This document shows positions 23,585 through 36,713 of a stretch of 64,000 nucleotides of DNA, in pieces; position 1 is the first letter of the stretch; each line of letters starts with the position of its first letter. The notes beneath the pieces were generated by a model. It saw nothing but the letters and a program-made list of their open reading frames with translations, was not told the origin of the DNA and searched no databases. The stretch spans positions 275,522 to 339,521 of the forward strand of contig CBFFRP010000373.1 in the NCBI GenBank assembly GCA_965644295.1, read 5' to 3'. This DNA comes from Paraphysomonas bandaiensis (taxonomy: Eukaryota > Protista > Chrysophyceae). The position numbers and the translations under genes are program-made.

Positions 23585-25223
23585 CTAGCTATATCTCGTA
23601 TCTTTCTTACAGAGTTTGCAGTGGTTTAATATATTTACGTTATCGCTTTATGTTTCGCAATAATATTACTTAGTTTTCAGTTTATCTGAATTTTAGTAGG
23701 AGTGTTACTTAATTAGCAAATTACCGTGTTATGAACAATACAACATAATATACATTTTACATTATATTATATTTAAATACCTTAAGGTGTTGAGTTATTC
23801 ATTTTGTAGGCAATTAAAGATGCATTTTAAGGTATTTGAATTATGACCATGACATAATATTATACCTACCGAATACAGTGTACTTGTAAACAGTATCATA
23901 ATAATATATATGAACTACTAATGACATGATATATATATATATCGACTGTTTAAGTTCGTGATTACCTAAGTCTACAATAGTTCTGACTCGTACACGCCTA
24001 TATTGCTAATAATAAGATAATAAGACAATATCATTCACTACGATCTAAGTATAAGAAAATATTGTTGATTTGTAGTGAGAGATGACATAAATTTAGTGAA
24101 TGACAATCAATGATGAGAGTTGCTGATCACTGTTTTTTATAATTTCTATTCATTTATTTACTTCAACCCTCTGCTGAGTTTTTATACTAAATTAGAAAGG
24201 ACGTAGAAGAGAGTTCAACGTTTGATGAGTGTGTGGAAAGAGTTGTTACTAGCTGGACTAAATGTTTCAACTTGTAGAAGTAAAAAACGAACATTTAAGC
24301 CTAAAGCTAAGAGCTGCTTTAACAATTAGATCCATTCTTTGAAATCCATTGCTATCAAAAGAAGACCTTGGAAAAGAGTATGAGTGGTAAAACACGTCTT
24401 TATGACCACAGTACAACAGTCAGTTCCGCTAATTTTTATCAGAAATTGACATTTTTGATGGTTTAAACTAGTTTACTCAACGCTGAACTAAATAATTGTG
24501 AAATATATTTCTTATCATCATTCATTGTCACAATGATTTTTACGATCTTAGGTGAACACGATTTTACGCAGTCATATTAAGTAAGTTTTTGTCTAAAAAG
24601 TAAAAGTTCTAAAAAGTTATGATTTTAAAACCATTAAATGCAGCTTTCCAATATTAGAAGGCTGGGTGTGAAACCTACATTTTAAAGCAAAAAATATCCC
24701 AATAACATGTATGTAATAGAACTTATCCTATAATATATAAGGTTATAAACAAATATTTAAAGGTTTGCTGCAATAACATGTTATATATATATTACTTAAG
24801 TTTTTTGTTTATAACCAGCGGTAGCGCGTTTAACAATTTGTTTAACAAATCTAAATATTAGTGCGAACATACTTTTCTATATCAATATAATATATTGCTT
24901 ACTAATAAGCAACACTACTTGACACCACCTCTCAATTCAAAATTCATACAACGAGACATAACGCACGAATTTTCTGTAATAACTTTTGTTGAACTTTTCT
25001 TTCAATTCTTCCTTATGTGACTCTAAAACCTCAAAAGGCAGCTATATCAACTGCTTACGAACGCTGTAAAAAACACACTCTGCTATATATATGATGATAT
25101 ATTATATATATAATATATATTATGTATGTATAATATTATTACATTGTGTAATTAATGTGCAGTGAATGTGTTATATTATTAGCAAGAGGCATTTATTAAG
25201 AGTCAGTGCTTAACTCTGATGTA

Positions 25224-25538
25224 TCCTACTATTTAACGCTACGGAAGCTGCTTATATGTGTCACCACAAGTGCATCCACTTTCGCTCTCTGTCCTTATGA
25301 CGAACAGCCCAGGTGCTTGACTTCAGCAGGCAGCCTGATACCCCGGATGTCTGTTTATTCGTCAAGGCCCAAAGAAGACGTCTACACAAGTGCATCACAC
25401 AAGCATTAGGCTATGAGTGGGCAAAATATTATCTGCTGACTATATATATGCGGCTCACGTTAGTTTCCCGTAAAAATATCCGGTACTTATCCCCCAGAAC
25501 ACCACGAAAAGGTGCATGGCCGACTTTGTTGAGGGTAA
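25224..25538 (-). mobile_element. Bipartite non-autonomous retroelement (SINE-like), copy A
   Basis: Homologous to 31279-31750 and 45058-45490; shares its 3' segment with the LINE. Confidence 0.7.
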
Positions 25539-25741
25539 TTAATGTGGGTTATAATATAGTGTGCAATATGCAATAGTAAGTGAAACCAACATGCAGCACT
25601 GAAGGGTGAATTTAGTTACAAGGGAAGTAAATTTAGATACATACATATATAATATATGTCTATATATATAAGGATATTATAAAGTATATATATGGGGGGT
25701 GGGATGAACTGGTAAACATACATATATTGTATATGAAAATC

Positions 25742-26250
25742 TTATTATTAGCAATAAGTGTCAATAATCACCACCAGATACCAGATACCAGATAAGTAGT
25801 TAGATGAAAACTAGTCAAGCTAGATAAACTTCTACGAGCAACTAACTATAGTGCAAACTCTACTATCCTACTACTATGTATCACTACAAAAGCTATTTGT
25901 GCGTTGCTGCAAGCACCAAGGTGCGACAACTTCCGTTCTTGTATGTGAGGGAGAAGATCTCTATGGACGTGAGTCCTTGCAGTACAGATGAGATTGGTCT
26001 GGGGGCACCCCTTGTGGTTTCCTCTACAGGATTTTGTGGAGACATAGGATTCTGAAATTGTGAGTCGAGTGTTCCTAACCTATGAGACATGTGGGCAAGG
26101 TGGTGGATTGGGACTCCTGCATGTCTTGAACTGGCGCGGGAATGAGGCGAAGGAATAGCTGACGGAAGTAGCACCGTGGCATTTTCGCTGGTGCGGAGAT
26201 ATAGTGGAAGAGGGAAACGTGTGGGGTGAGCTAGGGTTCTTCGATGCATC
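25742..26250 (-). mobile_element. 5'-truncated LINE 3' end
   Basis: ORF terminus CRTLVLAATHK, then a 3' UTR and TAA-rich tail; homologous to 45826-46010. Confidence 0.65.
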
Positions 26251-28067
26251 TAATAAGGTTTCCGCCGTGTGTTGCTACGTTTCAATTGTGTGTTACTACG
26301 TTTCAATTGCGCTCTGGGGGGATGTCTATGTGGCCCCTAGGGTGTGGTAACGTGACGACAACTGCGATCTTGAATCAAGCGTATTGAGGAGATGTTAATA
26401 TTTAATATGTGCGTCGCCGTCTGATCACCAGGTCTAACAAAAAGCACTGGTGCAGTATTGAACGGACCGGTCGGAAGATGGATATCATATCTGCTTATTA
26501 GTAGATAAGTATCAATACCAAGTGCAGTACATTAGTATCAGTTCACCATGTGGTGCTGGGTCTGTCGATGATAGTTAACTATTAACTATATAGGCATAAT
26601 ATAATAGCATTAAAGTGTGAATATGACTACCTTGTCGATTGTGATTGCGATAGTAAATGTAAGCATCGAGGAGAACTTATGAAATATATTGCTTATATAT
26701 ATCTGCTGCGAGCGCAAGCACGATTCATCTGAGTAGTCAAACGAGCCGTAGACTACTAGCTATTTTCAAGCATATTAATCAAACTGCGGCATCCTGACAT
26801 CAAAAATCGACATGCACTACAGACGACAAGAAGAGTTTCTTAACCAAATAGGAACATCCTTAAATACCTGACATGTGCACAGCAGTATTGTTTCCCCTAT
26901 TTATCAGACTTCAGACACAACTTTCTTCTCACCACCCACTTCTGAGAACTGCGCCTACAAATTGGCCAAGCGCTGCTCATTCTTCTTACGCTTATACTTA
27001 TCGCTGTCTCAGATTGTCGCCACGCTTTCTATCCATAAGTTTCTTCATATAAACGCTAAGAAAGGACGAAAGTGATGACGTAACCACAAAGTTTGCTTTA
27101 TTCCTTCTTCTCGACCTATCCTCCACTTTTTCGACTTAGTCAAGGGAAATTCTGTATATACCGGTGCTGTATGAGATTTTTTTCGATTAACCGACCTTCA
27201 CCTAGCACCAACACTCACCACAAGAGTTTCTGATAGTCCACACCGGAACGATAAAACTAATTACTCCGGCACCATCCATTTCCTTCTCCAATATTCATGG
27301 TTGTGGTTCATAAAGGAGCTTCTGAAAATCCTTCGTTGTCTATGGATTCTGGCATGCCTCCAGCCTGCTTGAAGTGTTCACCCCTCATTTTCTTTTCTTT
27401 CCAAGTCTGAACAATCTTTTTATTTAGCCAACAATAGTCAGCACATATTTGAGATGCACAAACATCTTCTAGTGTCATGAAAGGAGCTATATTCTCCTCT
27501 CATCAATCGGAAGAGATGCCCATTCTTTTCCTTCGCAATGGGTGCCGCTGTTTCATCTACTTCTGTCCTGCTGTCCACACAGACGACAAAGAAATATCTC
27601 AAGGCTTGAGAATAGTTCCTGACATTGTTACGCAATGCAAGAACAGCTCCAATACTGTGTCTGTAAACTGAAGACTTTTCAATGATGGCTTTGAATTTGG
27701 TTGCTTGTGTGGGTACCACAGCCAAGGACTTACAGGTGGAAATCCCTGTCGCTCAAGAGCCAAAGCACATCGTTATCGATAGCACCGGCTTAAAAAAGGA
27801 AGAATTCCTTGTGCTGTGTACCGTATACCCGTATACACAACTACTACAGCGTATCAGTACGTTACTTTTTCCTTTTGAAAAGAGATTTTTTTCTCTCCTC
27901 CTCCATGAGACGCAGTGCGATACAGTGACAATAAAGAGCAGTTTTACATGTGCCTGCATTGACTACTAAAAACTGACCAACAAAATACTGGAACATATAC
28001 TACTTTCCAAGTTGTTGTGAAACAAATATTGTTGCGTTCGTGTAGTATAGCGTGTAAAGTAATCACA

Positions 28068-29273
28068 ATGGCTGACGCAAAGGAGCAGGCTCGTTTGAAA
28101 ATGAAGGCAGATGCTAATTTCCAGCGAAATTTGCGGTTCAAAGATTCCAGATTGCGTACAATCGGAGTTGATGTGAATGCTCTAAATATGCAAGTAGCAG
28201 AAAAAAAACGTATAAAGGAGGAAGAAATAGAAGCCGCTAAAATCGAACGTAAACTCTCTATTCTCGTCAAGTACCATGTCACTCTCTCTTCTGTTATATA
28301 GGAATGCGAAACGAGGAAATCGAGTCTGTTCTCGAAGCGGTGGCACAAGAAGAAAGGCATTTACGCGCACTACAAACTGCTGATATCAAAAAAGGGTGGG
28401 ATGAGCAGATAAAAATGAAAAGACAAGCCAAATCTGATGGCAGAGCTAAAGAAATAGATGATTTTCATAATGTGCCCACTATGCAGTTCGCTGGTGAAGA
28501 TAGACTTCATGATGAAAGAAAAAAGGCCCAACAAGAACAAATGCGGCGATGGACTCAAGAAGATATTGATATGAGAGCTTACAACCTTGCAAAAGAAAAG
28601 GAAGAAGACATGGCTCGAGCTGAACTGAATCGTGCCATAGATGAGTTCAGAGAACAACAAGCTCGAGAAGAAGCGATCATGCGAAAAGAGTTAACTCGGC
28701 AAATTCTCGCAGAGAATAGTGAGGTGAACGCCTTTGTATACTTTATTTTGAGATTACGTTTGATTTTTGTCTTTTAGTTGGCCGAGATTCGTGCAAAGTT
28801 ACGAGAGGAAGAAAGATCTGCTAATGACAAGGATCTGAATAATTCTATTGTGCTCGATGCCGACGCGGTGCTCGATGAGAATGGATATGTTGTCGGAAAG
28901 GATGGCTTTCGAGGTTACACACCTGGACAGCGAAGACAAATTTTATTGGAGAATGAAGAGCTCATCAGATTAAAAAGGTACCTGCGTAATGCATGTTATA
29001 ATGTAACTTAGATCACTATTATTAAGGGAACAAAAGGAAAAAGAGCGATTGGAGGAGGAGAACTGGTATCGCGAATCGATACGATTACAACGCGTCATGG
29101 CACAAGCTGAGGTGGAGGAACGCAGTATGCGCGCAGCTCTACAGGAAGAGCAGATGGCAACGCTCAGAGAGCAAGTTCATGAAAAACAGGAGAGGAGAAA
29201 TAAGGAAAAAGAAGATCTTTATGGCAAGATTTCGGGTGACTTTTATTCGAAATTCGGAACATCGTGTCGTTAG
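28068..29273 (+). CDS. RIB43A-like coiled-coil ciliary microtubule inner protein (4 exons)
   Basis: RFKDSRLRTIGVDVNALNMQVAEKK, FAGED, KDGFRGYT and FYSKFGTSCR match the RIB43A pattern; three short GT-AG introns. Confidence 0.85.
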
Positions 29274-31175
29274 GTTCATTGAACCACAATAAAAGCTTTG
29301 GTTTATGATATTGTGTTGGTAAAAGTGTGAGCCCTACTATTAGCGGGTTTTTAATTTCTGCATCATAATGTGTTTCATGAGTTCGTACACGCGTGTTAAC
29401 AGGAATAAATAATCGAGATGTTTTGATATGTTTGGTTTTTGTTGTTAACTTGAAGTTGTGAGTCGTAGATACGCTAAGATCATATCTAACCTCTTGAAAC
29501 TATCGTATGCGTCCACAGCTTTCTTCCCCTCCATAATACACCATGGCTAGTGTTCACATTTCAGACTAGGTTGGCTTCAGCTTTGGCAGATTATATTTAT
29601 ATACAAGCAACATACTCCTAGAAGCATCTGTCCTAGACGACGGAAATCCCCCCTTACCAAACTCAACCCGTAAATCCTATACCTGCTTCGAGTCTCATTC
29701 ACGACAAGGCTCCCCTTAATCATGTTTTGTGTTGCACTATATATTAAAGTAACAATTAAGATTCTAATGTAGGCCGTATTACTTACAATGAATAATACAG
29801 CAAAATACATATAGTTTAGTTAGAATTAATATTAGGTAAAAACTGATTTACTAAGATAGGGGTTAGCGGTTAGTGTGTTGGAATACGTATGTTTCTCTAC
29901 GATAGTACTCTAGAATACGTTAAATACAATGAGAAAACAGTAATACGTAGTCAAAGATACTATATAGCTATAACTGTGAAACTGAAGTATTGTATTATGA
30001 CAAGTCAAGATACGGAAGTTGAGCAGTGGATGACATGAACGAAATAAATAATCTTGTTATTGACATGTTTTACATGACAACACAATTATTGTGTATGCAA
30101 TATATTATAATAAAAAAGTCTGTCTAGTTTGATTACAATAAATTTCTCGTAACGATCTAAATTGTGAAAAATGACCAATATAGTCAATATAGTGTGTGAA
30201 GATTTACACTACTAGCCGTAAATGTTTGAATGTGAATGGTACAACTTGAAGTGCGTAATAGAGTACAATATATACGTATATCGTAGTTAGAATGGATATG
30301 GACGTGTGCACATACCTGCACACACCATTTTTATTCTTGGAATAGCTCGTGTGATCTTCCTAAACTTAATTTGACCCTTAGCTCGCGGTCATACCTTCGA
30401 CACATACTTATATATATATAGTGACTATTTTATTGAAAAGTTCATCACTTTCTTCTTCGTAGTATATAATGACCCTATCTGTAAATCGACTTTTAGCGGC
30501 ATTGATTCATAAATCGGGGTCCCCTAATTCCGCCATTTATTGAATAATACCGTTGAGCTATTTTGTTAAATTTTGGAGCTAATTCTCAACTCCTTTTGGA
30601 GGTACTGTGCTTCACCTCGAAACCGCTCAGTAAACATAAATATCAGGTCACTGGCCATCCGGTTGACCACACCAAACTGATGAATCTTAGGTAGCTGTTT
30701 CAGTAACCCCAATTCTCACCCGCTACCATATCCGAAATGAACATATAGAGATATGAATTAAAGTAAATATAGTAACTGACAGAGGCACTTATTGTCAGTT
30801 ATTGAAATTGGGACATTAAATCATCATAACAACTTATTCAACAATTAATTGATCAAAAAATACCATCTCTTTACACTGAATAGTTGTTAAAATATTTTTG
30901 TTGCAAAAATCCAATTTTTAAGATAATAATCAAAGATTGATGAAAGAATATTATGATGACATAATAGTTCTTTTAATATTGGCGATATGAGCGATAAAAG
31001 CTGGTATGAGAAGTCATTGCACGATTGTTCTTCGAGAAAATAATGATAATAACGAATAGATTAATAGATAATAAATAATGATGATAAATTAATAGAGATT
31101 TATTTGGCAATAATATGGCGAGAGTGTCCTGAAGGAAAAAGTTTTCTCAAGTGAAAGAAGGGTTACCGTATGGGT

Positions 31176-31850
31176 CCCTCAACAAAGTCGGACTCGCACC
31201 TTTTCGTAATGTTCTGGGGAATAAGTACCGGAGAGATTCTCTCTTGGAAAGAAATGCCGCAAACATAGTCTGCATATACCCTCAACAAAGTCGGACTCGC
31301 ACCTTTTCGTGGTGTTTTGGGGGATAAGTACCGGAGTTATTTCTCTGGGAAACTAACGTGAGTCGCAAACATAGTCAGCGAATATTCTTCTGCCCACTCA
31401 TAGCCGAATGCTTGTGTGGTACAAGGGACACCAATAAGTGTCACTTGTGTAGACGTCTTCGGGCCCTGACGAATAAACAGGCATCCGGGACAGGGCCCAC
31501 ATGAAGGGTAACCGGGGTATTGGGCTGCCTGCTGAAGTCAAGCATCCGGGATGTTCACCTTAAGAACTCAGAGCGGAAGTGGTCGCACCTTGGTGCTTGC
31601 GGCGACGCACAAGCAGCTTCCGTAGCGTTAAATAGTAGGATAAAAAACGTGTGTACTGATTAGTTACAGGTAGAGGTCTAACTAGTTTGTCTAGCATTCA
31701 TCTAGCTACTAAGTTAGTGCAGAGGTTTTTAACGCCTATTGCCAATAATATGACTTTCAATATATAGTCTGCATATATTCATCTGCCCACTCATAGCCAA
31801 ATGCTTGTGTGGTACAAGGGACACCAATAAGTGTCACTTGTGTAGACGTC
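31176..31850 (+). mobile_element. Bipartite non-autonomous retroelement copy B (31279-31750) flanked by partial tandem repeats of its 5' segment
   Basis: CCCTCAACAAAGTCGGACTCGCACC occurs twice. The segment 31370-31457 is repeated at about 31764-31850. It carries the LINE ORF end GRTLVLAATHKQLP* and a 3' UTR ending GCCTATTGCCAATAATA. Confidence 0.72.
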
Positions 31851-32543
31851 CATGGGCAAGACTTGGTGTCCCCGATGACACTATCAAATGGCCAAGCGAC
31901 CTCGACGATGGGGGTCGCACCTTCATCTGGACCCCACACATGGCCGACAACATCGATCCCCGATCACTCGAAGAACTGCTTGGCTCAGATGGCTCCTTTA
32001 TCCAGCACCCTGACATGGGATTCTCCGCGGAGAGAGGGGTCACACACAAGGTGGAACTGAATCCACAGTTGCATGGATTGTCATCTTTGACATGATCCTA
32101 TGCTGGTCTGACCTACATGATGATAGCCAAGATGAGGCGTACCAGATGACCTCTCCCAAATCACAACTTCCATTGAGGCCACTCAGCTCAAGGCCGACAA
32201 ACTCTCATCCTTCTGCGCCTTCTCCGGAATGCAACTAAACATCCCCAATACTGAATGCATTGCCCTGGGAGCCCCATTTGCGGTGACGGCCATGTTAGAA
32301 TCAAACCCACACATCATCATAAGAGACTGGAACTGGTGCCCACACCCCATCCCCATCCGAAGAACCACCAATTCCACCAAAAGTATCTCGGCGTACAACT
32401 TCCATTCTCAGTAAAGGACACTGACTCCCACAGCTGGTGCACCACCTACATAGCCACATCCACGGCAGTTCTACGATCCAAATGCGCGACACCTGACTGC
32501 AAGCTACTCGTCCTCAACACACAAATACTCCCGACCCTACTAT
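31851..32543 (+). pseudogene. LINE reverse transcriptase fragment (degenerate)
   Basis: WARLGVPDDTIKW, FSAERGV, a frameshifted TY-DD and KYLGV motifs. It ends ILPTLL|Y and continues in the inverted block 32810-34700. Confidence 0.8.
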
Positions 32544-32809
32544 AAGTAAGTAAACATTATGCAAACGTGGGAATTTACGATATTTTGGGAAATTTAGGAG
32601 TATTTACAGTATTTAAGTAGAAATGTTAAAGAAACAATTCTATTTGTGGTATTAGGGTTAGAGACAACAAAAAATATTAATTTTATTATAATTTTAAGTC
32701 TCATAGGATGTAACAGAAGCGCCTTTTTGCTTACCAGCAACCACGTTATCTGCCCTCATACTACCACTGTCAACCCATTGATCATCATGATGCCAGCAGT
32801 CATTGCCCT
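32544..32809 (-). mobile_element. Right half of a split MITE
   Basis: Reverse complement of about 12719-12981. It is preceded by the TSD copy TAT and a duplicated AAGT. Confidence 0.93.
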
Positions 32810-34700
32810 AATAGTTCGTGGGGTGGATGTCGCCTGGAGTAGCTGGAGTACTTTTGGTGTCGGGTGGGTATCCTGGGGCTGGCGTTGCTTTGCGTGTGTC
32901 GGGACCGGTGTCGCCGGTGCCGTGTCTACGTTGTGGTGTCTGTGTTCCCTTTTGCGAAGCATGCGGAGCCCTCCATCATATAGGGGAAGTAGGATAGAGG
33001 CGATGAATTTTTCTAGGGCGAGGAATTGATGTTCGAGCAGTGAGCTGGATATGTGGCGTCCGAATGCGTCGGCCATTTGTGTGGCAGTAATGTGGCCGGT
33101 CCAGTAGCGCTCAACCTGGGGGGTGGTTGGGTTCCATGCGGCTTTGGCTAGTTTGGTTATGGCGGTGTAAAACCAGGGATGGGGGAGCGTGCGTGTGCGA
33201 AGTTTGTCAAGCTTATTGTGGTGTGCTTGGTGGACATCTTCACGTATGTGAATGATGTCAGGGTGAGTGCAGGTGAGAAGCATGTGCGCCATGTTGTCTG
33301 TGGGGTGTGCACAGTCTGTGCATGAGGAAGCCGTTGTTGTGCGATCATGTCCGGATTTTCCTTTGGCTCGGTTTCTACCCATTGCATAGGATTTGTCCCA
33401 TACGTGTGCCGTCTCGCGTATACGCTCTGCGAGGGGGATGTAGTGTTTGGAGGAGTTATGGGTACGGAGGGTATGTGTGGGAGCCTTGTTCCGCTGCGTG
33501 TCCAATACTGCGGGTCTCGCTTGGCCGTTTGTGCAGCATACATGATGCTATCTCGTCGGAGGGTGTATTGATGGAGGTCCCACTGGTGGTGGAGATCTGT
33601 AACGTCTCCTAGCATATAGAACCGAGGTCTGTGAGGAGGTGTGTATCGTATCTACGCCAGTGCCATTGACCCGTGGTGAAGAATTCTTCCAGTATGTGCG
33701 TAGCGTCAGTTGTGACAACACTGTAGTTGGAGGCTCCGAGCACTTTGTCTAGTGTCTTCCAATCGCCGCTGGCGGCGGTGTCAGCTATATAAATGCCGTG
33801 GTCAGTGTAGGTCCAGTTGCTTTGATCTTGTGTTCTACGTTCGGGGTGCGAGCGCGTCCATTGTATTGGACGCTGTTTAAGAGCTGTGGTGGCGAGGCAT
33901 TCGTAAAATATTCCCTGGGGCTTTGTTCCGAGGGCGCGCCGTCTGTATGAGAGGGCCTCTTTGGTCCGCGTCTGTACCGCCTGGCAGTCAGTCCAGATTG
34001 GCACGGAAGAGTGGAGTACATTGGAGAATGTCAGTGCTGCTGACATTGCAAGGGTTTCGTAGGTGTATGCGTTGAGGCCAGGCGCTGTGTGCTGTGGTGC
34101 CGTAAGTTGTAGGATTTTGGTTTGTCTGTGACCCCAGGTGTTCTTGGGCGGGAGCCATACAATTGCAGCTCCTCCGTCGTGAGAATTGGGCTGTGTGTGG
34201 GTGTTGCCGAATAGGTGAGCAGGGTTGAGGTGTGTGCGTGTGAAGGATCCATCCGTGAAGATGGCTTTGTAAGCATATTTGTGATCATGGTACAGTTGTA
34301 GCTGTGATTGGACTTTGTCAATAGTAGCTCGGAATTGTGGCGTAGCTGGGGAGGGAGGCTGTATTCTGATGCCTAGTCGTTGCCCCCATTGTACCAGACT
34401 GGTGATGTACGTGTCAACGTCCTGGGGGGGGTGCTCGTAGCGTTGCAAGAGCGATATGGCCGCACTCTTGGGCTGTCCTCCGAGTGTGAGGGCTCGTTGA
34501 AGAGTATGCCATTTCTGAGAGTCTGGGCGTGGGTTGAAAATTTGCGCAGTCCAAGCCCTTTGTATTTCGGGGGAAGGTAGATAAGATCCGTGGGATATCC
34601 AGGGGGGAGACGGAGTATTTTCCTAGCGGCCTGCGCGAGTAGTTTGTCTATATGGCGATGTATTTAGCATATGTCCAGGATGCTTTGGTGGCCTTGTATA
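32810..34700 (-). pseudogene. LINE ORF2 C-terminal part: post-RT region, RNase H and CCHC zinc knuckle (inverted block)
   Basis: LPPGYPTDLIYLPPKYKGLGL; RNase H IFTDGS, ETLAM, WTDCQ, WTRSHPE and ADTAA; CTDC...AHMLLTC. Confidence 0.85.
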
Positions 34701-35029
34701 AAGTAAACATTATGCAATCGTGGGATTTTTTTTTTCCCACGTTTTTAGGAGTATTTGAGGAGTATTTCTCGTATACCGGTATATTGTACTATACTATACT
34801 GCTGCAGTATTGTGTATGTATTCGTTTGTACGAGTAGTACTCTATGCGCATAGAGGTGTATGTATGTGTGTGAGGAGGATATTTGAATTCTTGTGCACAG
34901 ATCAGCACACACATACTCACACCACAGCACATGACATACATATACATGATACCATCATAGCACAGACTCCTCTGGTACGTAAGTTGTATATTAAATCACA
35001 AGTGGCTAGAAACAATGTAGCTACGACTA
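34701..35029 (+). mobile_element. Left half of a split MITE
   Basis: Nearly identical to 12388-12717; preceded by ATA, the reverse complement of the TSD TAT. Confidence 0.93.
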
Positions 35030-36498
35030 TATCCAGGTACACTCGTTCATCTCCAGTTTCAGTCAGAAGTACTTCACCATCATCTATCATGTTGGTCTCC
35101 TCTCCAGATGAAACGTCATCATCTACATATTTGGACCACCCCACTGATGAACTCTTCTTAACCTTCTTGGAGCCTTTTTTCTCATATTTTCTATCGATCT
35201 TCCTCTTGTTCCCTCTTTTGCACTCAGCAGCCTTGTGTTCTTTGCTACCACAATGAAAACACCCTGTATATGCTTCTGAACCCACTTGTTGCGCTCCTTT
35301 CCTCATATTCTTTGCTTTAGCCTTCCCATTTCGCTTGAACTTCTGGAAAATTTTATTTTTGTGTTTGACACGACACACACTTGCAGTATGCCCTTTTTTC
35401 ATACAGAATGAGCATTTGACATTTTCCACACCTCCTTGTGGTCCGAGCATATTGACCTGTTCTCCTTGTTTGTCAATTTCGAACTCCTCCAGTTGTTGTT
35501 TAGCCTCATCAAATTCTTCGCACGCGTCTTTAACTATCTGATACGTGGTCGTTGCTTTAGGCAGCATTGCAATAGCTAACCACAACTCCTTCAGCTCTGG
35601 AGTATGTATGGACTTTTTGATCTTTGCGAGCTTGCTCTCCTCGGTTGGCGGTTGTCCCAACTTTGTCAATTTCTGTATTATCCCATTCAACCTATCAATA
35701 CCAATAGCGACCTTTTCATTGGCTCTAATTTTAAAGCTATGGTATTCCGCTGTAGTCTTCTCGAGTACATTTCCCAACTCCCCCCTAAACCTATCCACCA
35801 GCGTCTGAAGCATTTCATTGGACAAAACTTCCTTATTGGGATCATCATCTGGAAGTAACGCCTTCGCCTCCATGTATTGATTGGCAACCTCCAATACATC
35901 AGCGTCATGTTCACAAGCCTCCCAAATCGTTGCAACGCACGTGTCATTTCGCTCATGCCATAATTCTCGTGCTCTGCCTCCTCCAGCAGGTTTCGGCTCT
36001 AACCCCAGATGGTTCCGATTTTTCTTCATCAGATGAATCCTTATTTTTTTGAGCAGACGCCTCCGCCTGATACTTGTCGAACTTCAGCACCTTGTTGTAC
36101 TCCTTCGTCTCTTCAGTGCTACCACTCGCTACCATGTTAACAATGGACATTTCACTGAAGTTAACTTTGCTCTACGCGTAAACCGTAACCTTGCTGTTGA
36201 ACACAATGCACTTTCAAGTAAGTAATTATGATTATTATTCTGAACACTTCACTACATATTCGTGTAACATATGTTGAAACATCTGTTCTTATAGCAACAT
36301 CTGTTTATCATATGTTCATCAGTCAGTTCTATATCTTGTATAGTCACACATCAGTAACTGAATTTAATTCCTTTGTAACTATAATAATCACCCGTTACAC
36401 CTATGAGTTGACTTTACCTATAATTGCACACTGTTAACTCACTTCAATTGCACAATATATATCACATCATATTGCAGAACTCAACACATTGCTCAACA
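35030..36498 (-). mobile_element. Third (different) Copia-like element: 5' LTR plus gag, truncated at the protease motif
   Basis: LTR about 36195-36498 with TGTTGA...TCAACA ends. Gag starts near 36150 (frameshifted), has two CCHC knuckles (CSFCMKKGHTASVC and CFHCGSKEHKAAEC) and is cut at VYLD. Confidence 0.8.
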
Positions 36499-36713
36499 TT
36501 GTTTAGAGTTTCTTCGGAGTAAAGAGGAGATACTAGACCTTAAGAACACTTAATTCTATATATAACATATATACATATATCAAGGACCAGTAATGCCATT
36601 AATGAAAAATGACCCGACAATTATAACGGCATTCAAAGAAGAAATAAGTAATTCGATTATTGTTACTACTACCTCGAATAGGCGACTTGAAGTAGTACTG
36701 CTTAATATTAAAA

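Noticed and set aside
26400-27960. Coding-like remnants (also about 17.7-18.7, 30.4-30.8 and 55.1-56.5 kb)
   Set aside because: Frames are broken and no motif could be identified by eye; a translated homology search is needed.
19363-29273. Reassigned TAG (alternative genetic code)
   Set aside because: Arginase and the RIB43A-like gene terminate at TAG, and only one host gene has an internal TAG.
31460-31520. Hammerhead ribozyme at CTGACGA
   Set aside because: No stem II followed by GAAA could be found, and the motif is not conserved in the other copies.
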